In this document: in pieces, positions 1 through 10,145 of the stretch | How the letters are laid out: each line of letters opens with the position of its first letter | Numbering within the stretch: position 1 is the stretch's first letter | Assembly (NCBI GenBank): GCA_017402995.1 | Contig: JAFQOV010000004.1 | Location: 54,485 to 118,484, forward strand | Source of the DNA: Candidatus Gastranaerophilales bacterium | Lineage (GTDB): Bacteria; Cyanobacteriota; Vampirovibrionia; Gastranaerophilales; Gastranaerophilaceae | Direction: 5' to 3' | Length of the DNA stretch: 64,000 bases | Program-made: the position numbers and the translations under genes | Notes under the pieces: model-generated | The model's database searches: none | What the model saw: only the letters and a program-made list of their open reading frames with translations | What the model was told of the DNA's origin: nothing

Positions 1-297
1 ACAAAAAAGATTAACAATCTCTGCGATATACATTGAATATGACAATTTATCTAAGTCATAGCGAATTTTTGAAAAAGTATTGAGCGATTGTGCTTCGGAA
101 ATTGTATCTAGGTTTTTTCCCTCAAAAAGCATTAACTTGTTTGCAATAAACATCTGAATTCTAGCGCCAAGTTTGGATTTTGGTCTTTTTGCGCCTTTTG
201 CCACAGCGCGAATTAGCCCCCTTTGTTTTGAAAACATAACAACAATACTATCATTATCATTCAATGGATAGTTTTTTAAATTTATTGCTTCTGTCAT
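1..297 (-). CDS. recO: DNA repair protein RecO, N-terminal part (gene runs off left edge of window)
   Basis: Not in ORF track (no stop inside window). Translating the minus strand from ATG at 295-297 gives MTEAINLKNYPLNDNDSIVVMFSKQRGLIRAVAKGAKRPKSKLGARIQMFIANKLMLFEG..., matching the RecO OB-fold N-terminus pattern (..G.i.a.AkGArkpkSkl..). Confidence 0.7.
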   Translation of the reverse strand, partial: MTEAINLKNYPLNDNDSIVVMFSKQRGLIRAVAKGAKRPKSKLGARIQMFIANKLMLFEGKNLDTISEAQSLNTFSKIRYDLDKLSYSMYIAEIVNLFC

Positions 298-308
298 AAA
301 ACTTTTTT

Positions 309-1739
309 TCATTTGATTGAGTTTAAAAATTCCTCTAGGGCTGTTGTTTGAATATCTGTTTTAATGTTTTCATTAATCTCATGGAACATATTGCGATATT
401 GTTCTTTTGCGTTAATGTCCTTGTCTAAAATATATATTTCTTCAACAGAATTTGACATTCTTAGCGCATTTCTCAAGATATTAATTGAAAATTTATCTTC
501 TAAAGATGGATTGATTAAAACCCAGACTTTTGAATTAACCAAAGAAACTAATGTCGCATTGTAATAGTTTAAATTTATTTCGCTATTCACACCTTTTGCA
601 GCATATAAATTTGCAAACATTGGCTTTTTACATTTTGGACACTGTAAAACTAATGGCGCAAGTTTACTTTCAATTTCTAAAAATTCTTCATTGCATTCTG
701 AACATACAAAAAGGTTTGACAAGCCCAAAAGCGGGATAAAGTTGATATTTTTATCTTCTTGCGGGCTTAAAAAACTATATTCTAAATCAATTTTTTTAAA
801 CAAATTAATCAAATTTGCGCTTTGAGAATTTGTGATTAAATTAATTCTATTTGCTTTGTTTTTAATTTGTTCTAAAATGCTTTGAAGCGCTGAAACATCA
901 GTATTTGTTTGAATATTAATTTCTGAAACTAAATCTAAAATTTTAGATAAAGAAACATCTTTAACATTAATTTTTGATATTTCTTCTCTTAGCGCAGTAA
1001 TATTTTTATTTTTTTCATTACTTGAATTTTGATTGAAAAATATTGCAATCGATTTTAATTCTTTTTTAACTTCTTCTTTGACCTCTTCTTTAATTTCTTC
1101 TTTTACTTGAATTGGTTGAGGTTGTTGAATTGGTTGAGGTTGTTGAATTGGTTGAGGTTGCGCTATTGAAACCGGCTGAGTTCTTAAAGGATTTGAAAAT
1201 TCTTTAAATGGTTGTGCGCTAAAAGGACTTTGTGTGAAAGTTCTTTGCGGTTGAATATTTTGCGCCTGAGGTGCAGAAAAAGCACTAAATGCGCTGATTT
1301 TTTCCTCTTTTGGAACTTGCGCGACTTCTTCTATTTTTTCTTCTGTTTGCTGGTTTTCTTGAATTGTTGCTTGTTCAACTTCTTCAAAATTATTTTCAGC
1401 AATTTCTTCTTTTGGCTCTTGTGGAACTGTATAGCTCAAAGAAGTCAAAGAAGAAACTCTTTCGCCTGAAAAATCTTGATTTGAATTAGGATTTTTAGAA
1501 GCCAAAATATCATTAATTGTAGGGATTAAAATCCCTTTAGTGTCTTCTGGGATTGATGGGTTAGATGAAACGTTATCCAAAATTTCTTTTAATAAATCGA
1601 TATATTCAAAAACATGACCCCCATGAAATTTTTCATGTAATTTATATGCACCATCTTTTAATAATTTATAGTCCATTTTTCTTAATGCGACTTCTAATCT
1701 TTTGATGGTCATGATTTCTGTTTCAGGAAATGGCGTCAT
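309..1739 (-). CDS. hypothetical protein with central low-complexity (QPQPIQ)x3 / KEE-rich linker and C-terminal CxxC...CPKC zinc-ribbon-like pair
   Basis: 476-aa ORF immediately downstream of pilT on the same strand; CSEC...CPKC motif; no family recognised. Confidence 0.5.
   Translation of the reverse strand: MTPFPETEIMTIKRLEVALRKMDYKLLKDGAYKLHEKFHGGHVFEYIDLLKEILDNVSSNPSIPEDTKGILIPTINDILASKNPNSNQDFSGERVSSLTSLSYTVPQEPKEEIAENNFEEVEQATIQENQQTEEKIEEVAQVPKEEKISAFSAFSAPQAQNIQPQRTFTQSPFSAQPFKEFSNPLRTQPVSIAQPQPIQQPQPIQQPQPIQVKEEIKEEVKEEVKKELKSIAIFFNQNSSNEKNKNITALREEISKINVKDVSLSKILDLVSEINIQTNTDVSALQSILEQIKNKANRINLITNSQSANLINLFKKIDLEYSFLSPQEDKNINFIPLLGLSNLFVCSECNEEFLEIESKLAPLVLQCPKCKKPMFANLYAAKGVNSEINLNYYNATLVSLVNSKVWVLINPSLEDKFSINILRNALRMSNSVEEIYILDKDINAKEQYRNMFHEINENIKTDIQTTALEEFLNSIK
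1110..1161. repeat. 18-bp tandem repeat (AATTGGTTGAGGTTGTTG, about 2.8 copies) encoding QPQPIQ repeats on the minus strand
   Basis: Directly visible: attggttgaggttgttgaattggttgaggttgttgaattggttgaggttg. Confidence 0.9.
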
Positions 1740-1750
1740 ATTTTACTCCT

Positions 1751-2845
1751 TTATAATAGTGTTTCTTCTGCGATGGCGTTTCTGTATATACCTTTTATCA
1801 TTTGCTCAATTTCAATTTTTTCAAAACTATATTCAATTGCTGTTTCTTTTGTAATCACGCCTTTTTGATATAGCGCATACAATGAAGAATTCATTGTTGT
1901 CAAGTTTTGTTGAGTTGTTTTTTGCATAATTGGATAAATTTCTTTTAGCTTATTATTTTTGACATAGTCAATAATTGTTGAAGTAAATGTCAAAATTTCA
2001 AGCGCAGGAACAAGCGCCCCTTTGTTTGTGCTTGGGACAAGTTGTTGGTGGACAATGCCACGAATGCAGTTTGCAAGGCGTTTTAAAAACAACTCTTGAC
2101 CAGATTCAGGCAAGAAGCCTTTTAATCTATCAAGCGCTGCAACGGTTCCATTTGTATGTAGAGTTGAAAAAACCAAATGTCCAGTTTCAGAAGCCTCAAT
2201 TGCACTTAAAAGAGTGTCGAGGTCTCTAATTTCACCAACCAACATAATATCTGGGTCTTGACGCAGGGCATATTTAATCCCCGTTTTAAAATCTTTTACG
2301 TCAATATCTAAACTTCTTTGAGTAACAATAGATTTTTTATCATCATGCACAAATTCAACAGGGTCTTCAATTGTGATGATGTGTTTTTTTTGGGTTTCGT
2401 TAATTATTTCAATAAGGCTAGATAAAGTTGTAGATTTACCAGAACCCGTTGCACCAGTAACAAAAACAATGCCATTGTTAAATTGAGTATATGTTTTTAA
2501 AAATTCTGGTAATTTAAGCTCGTCTAAAGTTTTGATATGATAAGGAATTACCCTGAAAGTTAATTTGCCATAGAAAATATCTCTACAAAAATTAACCCTA
2601 AAGCGAGATACGCCTTTAACTTCATAGATATAGTCTAAATCTTGCAAAGTTGAAATATCAACCCCATATTCCTTTGGAACTGTTTGTTCAAGTATATTTT
2701 TAATATCACCTGCTTCAATTGCTGGAGCTGTGATTTTATAAATTTCTCCATTTATTCTTAATGAAGGATTTTTTCCGCAACTCAAATGTACGTCAGACGC
2801 TTTTGCTTTGTGTGCTTTGGTTAAAAAATCATCTAAATCAAACAT
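1751..2845 (-). CDS. pilT: type IV pilus retraction ATPase PilT/PilU family
   Basis: 364 aa; Walker A GATGSGKST; PilT-type blocks IITIEDPVEF, ALRQDPDIMLVGEIRD, GHLVFSTLHT. Confidence 0.85.
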   Translation of the reverse strand: MFDLDDFLTKAHKAKASDVHLSCGKNPSLRINGEIYKITAPAIEAGDIKNILEQTVPKEYGVDISTLQDLDYIYEVKGVSRFRVNFCRDIFYGKLTFRVIPYHIKTLDELKLPEFLKTYTQFNNGIVFVTGATGSGKSTTLSSLIEIINETQKKHIITIEDPVEFVHDDKKSIVTQRSLDIDVKDFKTGIKYALRQDPDIMLVGEIRDLDTLLSAIEASETGHLVFSTLHTNGTVAALDRLKGFLPESGQELFLKRLANCIRGIVHQQLVPSTNKGALVPALEILTFTSTIIDYVKNNKLKEIYPIMQKTTQQNLTTMNSSLYALYQKGVITKETAIEYSFEKIEIEQMIKGIYRNAIAEETLL

Positions 2846-2950
2846 TAAAATAAACTCCTCTATAATATTTTATATTCTATATTATTTTTATGCAATTTAT
2901 TTATTTTTCTTAAATTTTACTTAAAGCTCAAACTGTGGTAGTATTTAGGT

Positions 2951-3565
2951 ATGTCTATTTTAAAAATTGTTGAATATGGAAGCCCAATTTTAAGGCAAAA
3001 ATCCAAAGAAGTTACAAAAATTTCAAAAAAAATTAAAACATTAATCACTGATATGCTTGATACAATGTATCATGCTAATGGCGTTGGTTTGGCTGCTCCG
3101 CAAGTTGGCGAAAATTTGAGAATTTTCGTTATTGACGTATCAGACCCTGATGGTCCAATTAATCCTATGGTTTTTGTTAATCCAAAAATCATTAAAAAAT
3201 CTGGCGCGATTAATAGCTATGAGGGTTGTTTGAGCTTTCCAAAAGCTTATACAAACGTTAGGCGCTATAAAAACGTTATGGTTAAAGCGCTTGACATCAA
3301 TGGTCGCCCTTTTATCAAAGAAGCGCGTGATGGCGAACTTTTAGCGCGCGCTATTCAACACGAATTTGACCACTTAGAAGGTCATATGTTCATTGACCAT
3401 TGCAGAAATCGCTTTGAAGCAAACGAAGTTTTAGCAAAATATAATCTTCCAGCAGTTCAAGAAGAATGGCTTGTTGATGAAAAAGAATTAGAAGAAGAAA
3501 TTGTGCTTTGGGAAAAAGAACACCCAAAAGAAGTTGAAGAACAAAGAAAAGCGCAAGAACAATAA
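2951..3565 (+). CDS. def: peptide deformylase (with about 40-aa charged C-terminal extension)
   Basis: Three PDF motifs: GVGLAAPQVG, EGCLSFP, QHEFDHLEG. Confidence 0.9.
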   Translation: MSILKIVEYGSPILRQKSKEVTKISKKIKTLITDMLDTMYHANGVGLAAPQVGENLRIFVIDVSDPDGPINPMVFVNPKIIKKSGAINSYEGCLSFPKAYTNVRRYKNVMVKALDINGRPFIKEARDGELLARAIQHEFDHLEGHMFIDHCRNRFEANEVLAKYNLPAVQEEWLVDEKELEEEIVLWEKEHPKEVEEQRKAQEQ

Positions 3566-3576
3566 AGGAGTTTAAA

Positions 3577-4509
3577 TTGAAAATAGTTTTTTTAGCAACG
3601 CCCGATATTGCTCTTGAAAGCTTTGATTTTTTCATTAAATCGCCTGATTACGAGGTTTTGGCTCTTGTTACTCAAAAAGCAAAACAAGCAAATAGAGGCA
3701 AAAAAATTGTTGAGCGCAACATCACAAAAATGGCGCGCGAAAATAATATCCCTGTTTTTGAACCAGATAAGATTTCAAAAGAAAAAGATGTAATTGAAAA
3801 TTTAAAAGCACTTGAGCCTGATTTTTTCATAACTTTTGCTTTTGGACAAATCTTGTCTCAAGAAGTTATTGATATTCCAAAATATGCAACAATTAATCTA
3901 CATGCCAGCATGTTGCCACAATATAGAGGGGCAAATCCAATCGCGCAAAGTATTATTGACGGCAACAAAAAAACAGGCATTACAACAATGAAAACTGTTT
4001 TGGAGCTTGACGCAGGGGATATTTGCCTTCAAGAAGAAATTGAAATTACCCCAGAAATGAATGTTATAGAATTAATGACAAAAATTTCAAACCTTTCACC
4101 AAACCTTCTTGATAAAACCCTAAAAGGCATTAAAAATAATACTCTTAAAGCAATTTGCCAAGAGCACAATTGTGCGACATTTTGCAAAAAAATGAAAAAA
4201 GAAGAAAAAATTATCGATTGGAACATGAGTGCAAGCGATTTACATAACAAAATCAGAGGAATGTACCAATTAAACACAAATCATACGACTTACGATAATA
4301 AAATTATAAAAGTTTTAAAAACCTGTGTAATTGAAGGAATTGAAGGCAAATGCGGAGAAATCTATTCAATTGAAAAAGATGGAATTATTGTTTGTTGTTC
4401 AAAAAATGCACTAAAATTAATCACAATTAAGCCCGAAGGAAAAGGCGAAATGAACGCAGGAGCTTTTGCAAACGGTGCAAGAATTAAAAAAGGAGATTGT
4501 TTCATTTAA
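3577..4509 (+). CDS. fmt: methionyl-tRNA formyltransferase
   Basis: 310 aa; TTG start after AAGGAG; formyltransferase core NLHASMLPQYRGANPI; directly follows def. Confidence 0.9.
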   Translation: MKIVFLATPDIALESFDFFIKSPDYEVLALVTQKAKQANRGKKIVERNITKMARENNIPVFEPDKISKEKDVIENLKALEPDFFITFAFGQILSQEVIDIPKYATINLHASMLPQYRGANPIAQSIIDGNKKTGITTMKTVLELDAGDICLQEEIEITPEMNVIELMTKISNLSPNLLDKTLKGIKNNTLKAICQEHNCATFCKKMKKEEKIIDWNMSASDLHNKIRGMYQLNTNHTTYDNKIIKVLKTCVIEGIEGKCGEIYSIEKDGIIVCCSKNALKLITIKPEGKGEMNAGAFANGARIKKGDCFI

Positions 4510-4868
4510 TGTATTCAAGAGGAGTTAGAGGCGCAATCACGCTTGAAAATAATACAAAAGAAGATATCAAAAAAGCGACGATTGAACTTTTAGAAGAAAT
4601 GCTAAAAGCAAACGAAATTCAAACGGAAGATATTTCTTTTGCAATTTTCACATTAACAAAAGATTTAAATGCAGATTTTCCAGCAAAATTTGCAAGAGAA
4701 AATTGCAATTTTCAATTTGTACCAATGATGTGCTACCAAGAGCTTGATGTTCCAGAAGCACTCGAAAAATGCTTAAGAATTTTGTTAAACATAAACACAA
4801 ATAAGCAACAAAACGAAATTAAACATATTTATTTGAAAAATGCTAAAAATTTAAGGAAAGATATTTAA
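4509..4868 (+). CDS. aroH: chorismate mutase, AroH class
   Basis: MYSRGVRGAITLENNTKEDIKKAT... is the AroH N-terminal signature (R-G-[IV]-R-G-A). ATG at 4509 overlaps the fmt stop (TAATG) with AAAGGAG upstream. The track start at 4497 is TTG and was rejected. Confidence 0.75.
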   Translation: MYSRGVRGAITLENNTKEDIKKATIELLEEMLKANEIQTEDISFAIFTLTKDLNADFPAKFARENCNFQFVPMMCYQELDVPEALEKCLRILLNINTNKQQNEIKHIYLKNAKNLRKDI

Positions 4869-6205
4869 TGTCAAACATTGTAAAAAAAGAATTAGTCGCT
4901 TATCCATATCTTGAAAAGCCACTAAGCGTTTATACCTTTAAAAATGGGCATTGTGCCGTTTTAGCACACAAAAAAAGTCCAATGATAAACGTTTCAAGCT
5001 GGATAAAAACAGGTTCAATTAACGAAAACAAGGAAAATAATGGCGTTTCACACTTTGTTGAGCACTTGCTTTTTAAAGGCACAACAAAATATCCAGCCGG
5101 CGTGTTTGACAGAAAAATGGAAGAATTGGGCGGAATAATCAACGCTGCAACTTGGAAAGATTATACTTTCTATTACATTAATATTCCATCTGAACACTAC
5201 AAAATTGCACTTGAAATGCACGCAGATATGATTGTTGACGCACTTTTTCCTGAAAATGAAATTGGACCAGAATTTGACCCAAACGGCGCATCTCCAAAAG
5301 AAAAAAGGGAAAGATACGTTGTTATTGAAGAAATTAGAATGGGCGAAGATAACAATTGGAGAAAAGTCTATAAAAATTTAAATTCTTCAATGTATGAAGC
5401 TCACCCCTATAAACGTGAAGTAATCGGCACAAAAGAGATAATTGCAAATATTTCCCAAAAGGAAATAAACAAATATTACCAAACTTTCTATATTCCAAAG
5501 AACGTCACAACGATTGCTGTTGGCGACTTTGATGAAGAAGAAATGATTGGTTTAATTGAGAAAAACTTTGCTTTCAAAGACTATTCAAACATTGAAAAAG
5601 CAAAAACAGACGAAAAAACACCTGAATATAAAATTAAAAATCCAAAAATTATCGAAGATTTTTGTGAGGTAAATACAGGATATTTCATGATGGGTGCACT
5701 TTGTGACAGTGCAAAAAATCTAAAAGAAACAATAGCCCTTGATTTATTATCTACAATTTTAGGTGATGGTAAATCTTCAAGATTATATCAAGATTTAGTT
5801 GAAAATACTCAACACCCACACTATTACCAGCTTGAAACTTGCCACTATCAATTTAAAGATGGCGATAATTTCTTTATTGAAGCAAATTTTGACGCAAGCA
5901 AAAAAGATGTGGTTATTCAAGAAATCAAAGAACATTTAACAAATTTAAAAACAATTAACGAAGACGAACTGCAAAAAGCTAAAAAGCGCGCAAGAGTTAA
6001 CTTTGCACAAGATGCCGAAATGGTTTCGGATATTGCTGATTCAATCGGATATTGGACAACTGTTTGCGAAGATGTTTCTTTAGCAGATAAATATTTGCAA
6101 ATTTTAGACGAAATCACTTGCGAATATTTAGAAGAAATTGCGCAAAAACACTTAAATCCAGATAATATGTCAATTAGTTTGCTTTTACCAAAAAAGGATA
6201 AATAA
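4868..6205 (+). CDS. M16 family zinc peptidase (active subunit)
   Basis: Inverted zinc motif HFVEHLLFKGT (HxxEH); 445 aa; start overlaps the previous stop. Confidence 0.85.
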   Translation: MSNIVKKELVAYPYLEKPLSVYTFKNGHCAVLAHKKSPMINVSSWIKTGSINENKENNGVSHFVEHLLFKGTTKYPAGVFDRKMEELGGIINAATWKDYTFYYINIPSEHYKIALEMHADMIVDALFPENEIGPEFDPNGASPKEKRERYVVIEEIRMGEDNNWRKVYKNLNSSMYEAHPYKREVIGTKEIIANISQKEINKYYQTFYIPKNVTTIAVGDFDEEEMIGLIEKNFAFKDYSNIEKAKTDEKTPEYKIKNPKIIEDFCEVNTGYFMMGALCDSAKNLKETIALDLLSTILGDGKSSRLYQDLVENTQHPHYYQLETCHYQFKDGDNFFIEANFDASKKDVVIQEIKEHLTNLKTINEDELQKAKKRARVNFAQDAEMVSDIADSIGYWTTVCEDVSLADKYLQILDEITCEYLEEIAQKHLNPDNMSISLLLPKKDK

Positions 6206-7431
6206 TGAAACATTATAATAAAAACGGAATTAATATTTTAATTGAACAAGCGCCTAAAACGCCAAGAATTTCAATCAATCTTTTCTTTAAAAATGATAAA
6301 AAAGAAAAATATAACGGCGTAAATTCTCTTTTGGCAAGACTTTTGTTGCAAGGTACAAAAACAAAAAGCGCAAGCCAATTGAATGACGAATTTGAAAAAG
6401 AATGTATCGACATTTCTTTTAAAGCAAAGCAAGACTATATTAAAGCAAGTTTAATATTTTTAAACGAAGATTTAAACAAAGCACTTGAGCTTTTAGAAGA
6501 TTTGATTTTGAATTCTACTTTTGACGATTTTGAAAAAGAAGTGTTTAAAATTAAAGGCGAAATTATTTCAGATTTAGATAACCCAAAAATCAAATTAACC
6601 GATTGTTTCATAAAAAATATTTTCAAAAATCACCCATATAGTCAAACGCACACAAAAATTTTAGATGACTTAGAAAAAATTACAAAACAAGATGTAATTG
6701 AAGCGCACAAAACTCTTCTTCAATCTAAAAAGGCTGTTGTTTTTGTTGGAGATTATGAAGATGAAAATCAAATAGTCGAATTTTTGACCGAAAAATTTGC
6801 CTATATGACATCATTTGAAAACAAAGACGAAATCGAAGACATTTTTGAACTTGATATTAAAGACAATGAAACGATTTGGCTTTCTAAAAATGACGCTTCT
6901 CAGGCGCAAATTATCCAAGGCTGTTTGGTCGATTCTTTTGGAAGTGAAAAATGTGCTAAAATTGCCGTTTTAAATAATATTTTAGGCTCTTGCGGATTAT
7001 CATCAAGATTGTTTATTAATTTAAGAGATAAACAAGGGCTTGCTTATACCGTTAGAAGTCAATACGAAACTTTGTTGCACAGTGGAATTTTTAATATGTA
7101 TATTGGAACTGCGCCAAAAAATATTGAAAAATCGCTTAATGGCTTTAGAGAAGAACTTCAAAAATTTGTAGATTTTGAAATTACAGATGAAGAGCTACAA
7201 GGCGCAAGAGAAAATATCAAAGGACGAATTAAATATTTCTCACAAAATAACTCTCAAATTTCTTCAATCGCTGGCTATAACTTCATTATGGACTTAGGTT
7301 TGGATTATAATGAAAAATTCTTGGAAGAAATTAACAAAGTTACCAAAAAAGATGTACAAGAAGTTGCGCGCGAAATTTTAGACGCTAAAAAATTAACAAC
7401 AATAATAGCGCCTGATGAATATAAAATATAG
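6205..7431 (+). CDS. M16 family peptidase-like protein lacking HxxEH (non-catalytic partner)
   Basis: 408 aa with M16 fold-like sequence (LARLLLQGTKTKS at the HxxEH position); translationally coupled to the upstream M16 gene. Confidence 0.75.
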   Translation: MKHYNKNGINILIEQAPKTPRISINLFFKNDKKEKYNGVNSLLARLLLQGTKTKSASQLNDEFEKECIDISFKAKQDYIKASLIFLNEDLNKALELLEDLILNSTFDDFEKEVFKIKGEIISDLDNPKIKLTDCFIKNIFKNHPYSQTHTKILDDLEKITKQDVIEAHKTLLQSKKAVVFVGDYEDENQIVEFLTEKFAYMTSFENKDEIEDIFELDIKDNETIWLSKNDASQAQIIQGCLVDSFGSEKCAKIAVLNNILGSCGLSSRLFINLRDKQGLAYTVRSQYETLLHSGIFNMYIGTAPKNIEKSLNGFREELQKFVDFEITDEELQGARENIKGRIKYFSQNNSQISSIAGYNFIMDLGLDYNEKFLEEINKVTKKDVQEVAREILDAKKLTTIIAPDEYKI

Positions 7432-7441
7432 ACATTAATAA

Positions 7442-7468
7442 ATCGGCAACTTAATGAAAGTTGCCGAT
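7442..7468. terminator. bidirectional hairpin between convergent M16 and dnaB genes
   Basis: atcggcaac-ttaatgaaa-gttgccgat, 9-bp perfect stem. Confidence 0.6.
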
Positions 7469-7482
7469 AATTTTATATTATT

Positions 7483-8841
7483 TTACCCTTCAATAACGGG
7501 TTTCATTTTGTTTTTGAATTTCGTCGTTGAACCAAAGAACAACAAATCTACGTTTCCGACAGGGCCGTTACGTTGTTTTGCAATGACGATTTGCGCTTTG
7601 TTTTTCAATTCTGGATTTTCCTTGTCGTAATATTCTTCCCTGTGAACGAACATAACAACGTCAGCGTCTTGTTCAATTGCGCCAGATTCCCTCAAGTCTG
7701 AAAGCATTGGGACTTTGCTTGTTCTGTCTTCTACTTTACGTGACAATTGAGAAAGAGAAATAATTGGAACATTTAATTCACGCGCTAACGATTTCAAACC
7801 ACGCGAAATACCAGAAATCGCTTGGTTTCTATCTAAAATAGTTTTGTCCTCAATTAATTGCAAGTAGTCGATAATTATCAAGCCCAAGTCTGGATATTTT
7901 GTTTTAACTCTTCTTGCTTTCGCGCGAATATCAGACAAAGTCACACCAGATGAGTCGTCGATTAAAATTGGAGCTTCATGTAATTTGTTCATTACATCTG
8001 CAATTTTACCCCATTCATTTTCGTTCAATTCCCCTGTTCTTGCTCTTTGCGCGTCAATTTCTGCTTCTGAGCACAAAATACGTTGTGTCAATTGCGAAGC
8101 CGACATTTCAAGAGAAAATATCAAAACAGGAACTTTTTGAACAATGCCAATATTTTGAGCAATATTTAAAGCAAAAGCAGTTTTACCCATTGAAGGACGC
8201 GCCGCAAGGATAATTAAATCTGATTTTTGAAAGCCTGCAAGCATAGCATCAAGGTCATAGTATCCGCTTGGAACACCAGTATATGAACCTTTATTATTAT
8301 AGCGATACTCAAGCTGTTCAACTGTTTCCATTAAAAGATTTGTGATGAGTTGAATATCTTGAGAGGTTTTTTGCTGTGCAATTTCAAAAATTGTTTTTTC
8401 GGCAACCTCAAGCGAAACTTTTGCCTCTGGGTTTTTAAATACTTCTTCAATAATTATTGACCCAGCAGTAATTAATTTGCGCTTTAGAGCATTTTCTTTA
8501 ATAATTTCAGCGTAATATTCAACATTTGATGACAAAACTGTGTCTAAACCTAATTCACCAAGATATTCAATACCGCCAATTTCATCTAATTTGTTTCTTG
8601 AGCGGAAATATTCAGCCAATGAAAGCCCGTCTATTGGCTTGTTTTGGTTATATAAAGAAAAAGCCGCTTCATAGATTAATTTGTTTTGAGGTGAATAGAA
8701 GAAATCTGCTTCCAAAATTTCCACAACTCTATTCATGCTCTCTGGATTGATTAAAATTGACCCCAAAACAGCGCTTTCAGCCTCTAAATTGTGAGGTGGT
8801 ACGTGCTTTAAGGGCACTTTTACAGTTGAATTTCTAGCCAT
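7483..8841 (-). CDS. dnaB: replicative DNA helicase DnaB
   Basis: 452 aa; N-terminal PPHNLEAESAVLGSIL; Walker A ARPSMGKTAFALN; IIIDYLQL; QLSR motif. Confidence 0.92.
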   Translation of the reverse strand: MARNSTVKVPLKHVPPHNLEAESAVLGSILINPESMNRVVEILEADFFYSPQNKLIYEAAFSLYNQNKPIDGLSLAEYFRSRNKLDEIGGIEYLGELGLDTVLSSNVEYYAEIIKENALKRKLITAGSIIIEEVFKNPEAKVSLEVAEKTIFEIAQQKTSQDIQLITNLLMETVEQLEYRYNNKGSYTGVPSGYYDLDAMLAGFQKSDLIILAARPSMGKTAFALNIAQNIGIVQKVPVLIFSLEMSASQLTQRILCSEAEIDAQRARTGELNENEWGKIADVMNKLHEAPILIDDSSGVTLSDIRAKARRVKTKYPDLGLIIIDYLQLIEDKTILDRNQAISGISRGLKSLARELNVPIISLSQLSRKVEDRTSKVPMLSDLRESGAIEQDADVVMFVHREEYYDKENPELKNKAQIVIAKQRNGPVGNVDLLFFGSTTKFKNKMKPVIEG

Positions 8842-9077
8842 TAAATACCATTCCTTTTGAATAATATTATCACAAAAATCATACTTTAGTTAGTGAAACT
8901 TCTAACTTTTTCATAATTCTTTATACTCTTCAAAACAGCTATCATAACAATGTCAGAGGGCATAAGCCAGCCTTCCCCATTAGGTTAGATAAAATTGCCA
9001 TTTTTATTTTAACCACCAGAAAAATTAGGATAGAAAAAATCTTAAGGAAAAGTAAATAAAAATAAAGGAGTATTGTC

Positions 9078-9953
9078 ATGGCTGTTATTGTAAACACAAA
9101 CGTAGATTCAATCAAAATCCAGAACTGCTTAACAACTTCGTTGGGCAAAATGAGCACATCTATGCAAAGAATGTCAACTGGTTTAAAAGTTAACTCTGCA
9201 AAAGATGACGCTGCAGGTACTGTTATTTCTGCACGTATGAAAGTGCAATTAGACGGTAGCAAAATCGCACAAAACAACATTCAAAATGGTAACGCAATGT
9301 TATCTACTATTGAAGGTAACCTTGATGTTGTTGAAGACAACTTGTCAAGAATTCGTGACTTGACTTTACAAGCGAAAAACGGAACTTATTCAGTAGATGA
9401 AATTCAAGCAATGCAAGATGAAGTTGCTGAACGTATCGCTGAAATTAACAGAATTTCAGAATCTTCAAAATATTCTGATTTGACAGTATTTGAAGATGCA
9501 ACATTGTCAGCAAATGGTGTAACATTCCAAGTTGGTCCGAATGCAGATCAATATAACACAATTCAAGCAAGCAACAAAATTTTTGAAAGCGTTCAATTCT
9601 CTGCTGTAACAGGTTTAGATGCTGATTTCTGCTTGTTAGATGACCCAGATAACCCAACTAAACCACTTACACAAGATGAATATAAAGCTGCTATTGAAAA
9701 ACTTGATGAGGGCTTGGATAACATTACAAGAAGAAAATCTTTAATTGGTTCTGCACAAAACCGTTTAGATTCAGCATATGAAACTTTAACAATTCAATAT
9801 GAAAACTTATCAAGTGCAAAATCAATAATTACAGATTCAGATATCGCCGCAGAGGCATCTCAATATACTCAAAACTCAATTTTACAACAAGTATCTACGG
9901 CACTATTGTCACAAGCTAACCAAACACCAGCAATCGCTTTAAGCTTGGTATAG
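9078..9953 (+). CDS. fliC: flagellin
   Basis: N-terminal D0/D1 signature (VNTN...SMQRMSTGLKVNSAKDDAAG) and C-terminal ILQQVSTALLSQANQTPAIALSLV; AAAGGAG RBS. Confidence 0.88.
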   Translation: MAVIVNTNVDSIKIQNCLTTSLGKMSTSMQRMSTGLKVNSAKDDAAGTVISARMKVQLDGSKIAQNNIQNGNAMLSTIEGNLDVVEDNLSRIRDLTLQAKNGTYSVDEIQAMQDEVAERIAEINRISESSKYSDLTVFEDATLSANGVTFQVGPNADQYNTIQASNKIFESVQFSAVTGLDADFCLLDDPDNPTKPLTQDEYKAAIEKLDEGLDNITRRKSLIGSAQNRLDSAYETLTIQYENLSSAKSIITDSDIAAEASQYTQNSILQQVSTALLSQANQTPAIALSLV

Positions 9954-10000
9954 ATAGACAAATAGTATACAAAGAATCTAACTGGTGATGGCAATACAGT

Positions 10001-10029
10001 GGGTCGAGCAATCGACCCTTTTTTTTTAT
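10001..10029 (+). terminator. rho-independent terminator after flagellin
   Basis: gggtcgagcaatcgaccc followed by a T9 run. Confidence 0.8.
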
Positions 10030-10145
10030 TCAAATCCATCAAAAGAATAATTTTGCTCAATGTAAAAAATATGTTATAATGAGCATGCAAAAAGCAATAA
10101 AATTTTTTGAGATGTTTTGTATATTTGTGTTGTTAAGGAGGAAAA

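Noticed and set aside
8963-8992. Sigma-28 (FliA) type promoter upstream of flagellin (TAAG ... GTTAGATAA)
   Set aside because: Spacing between the TAAA-like and CGATAA-like boxes is about 3 nt too long, and both boxes are imperfect. This is not strong enough to call.
8942-9280. 112-aa minus-strand ORF across the flagellin promoter and 5' end
   Set aside because: It is antisense to a confidently identified flagellin gene and its leader. The composition is typical of a shadow ORF.
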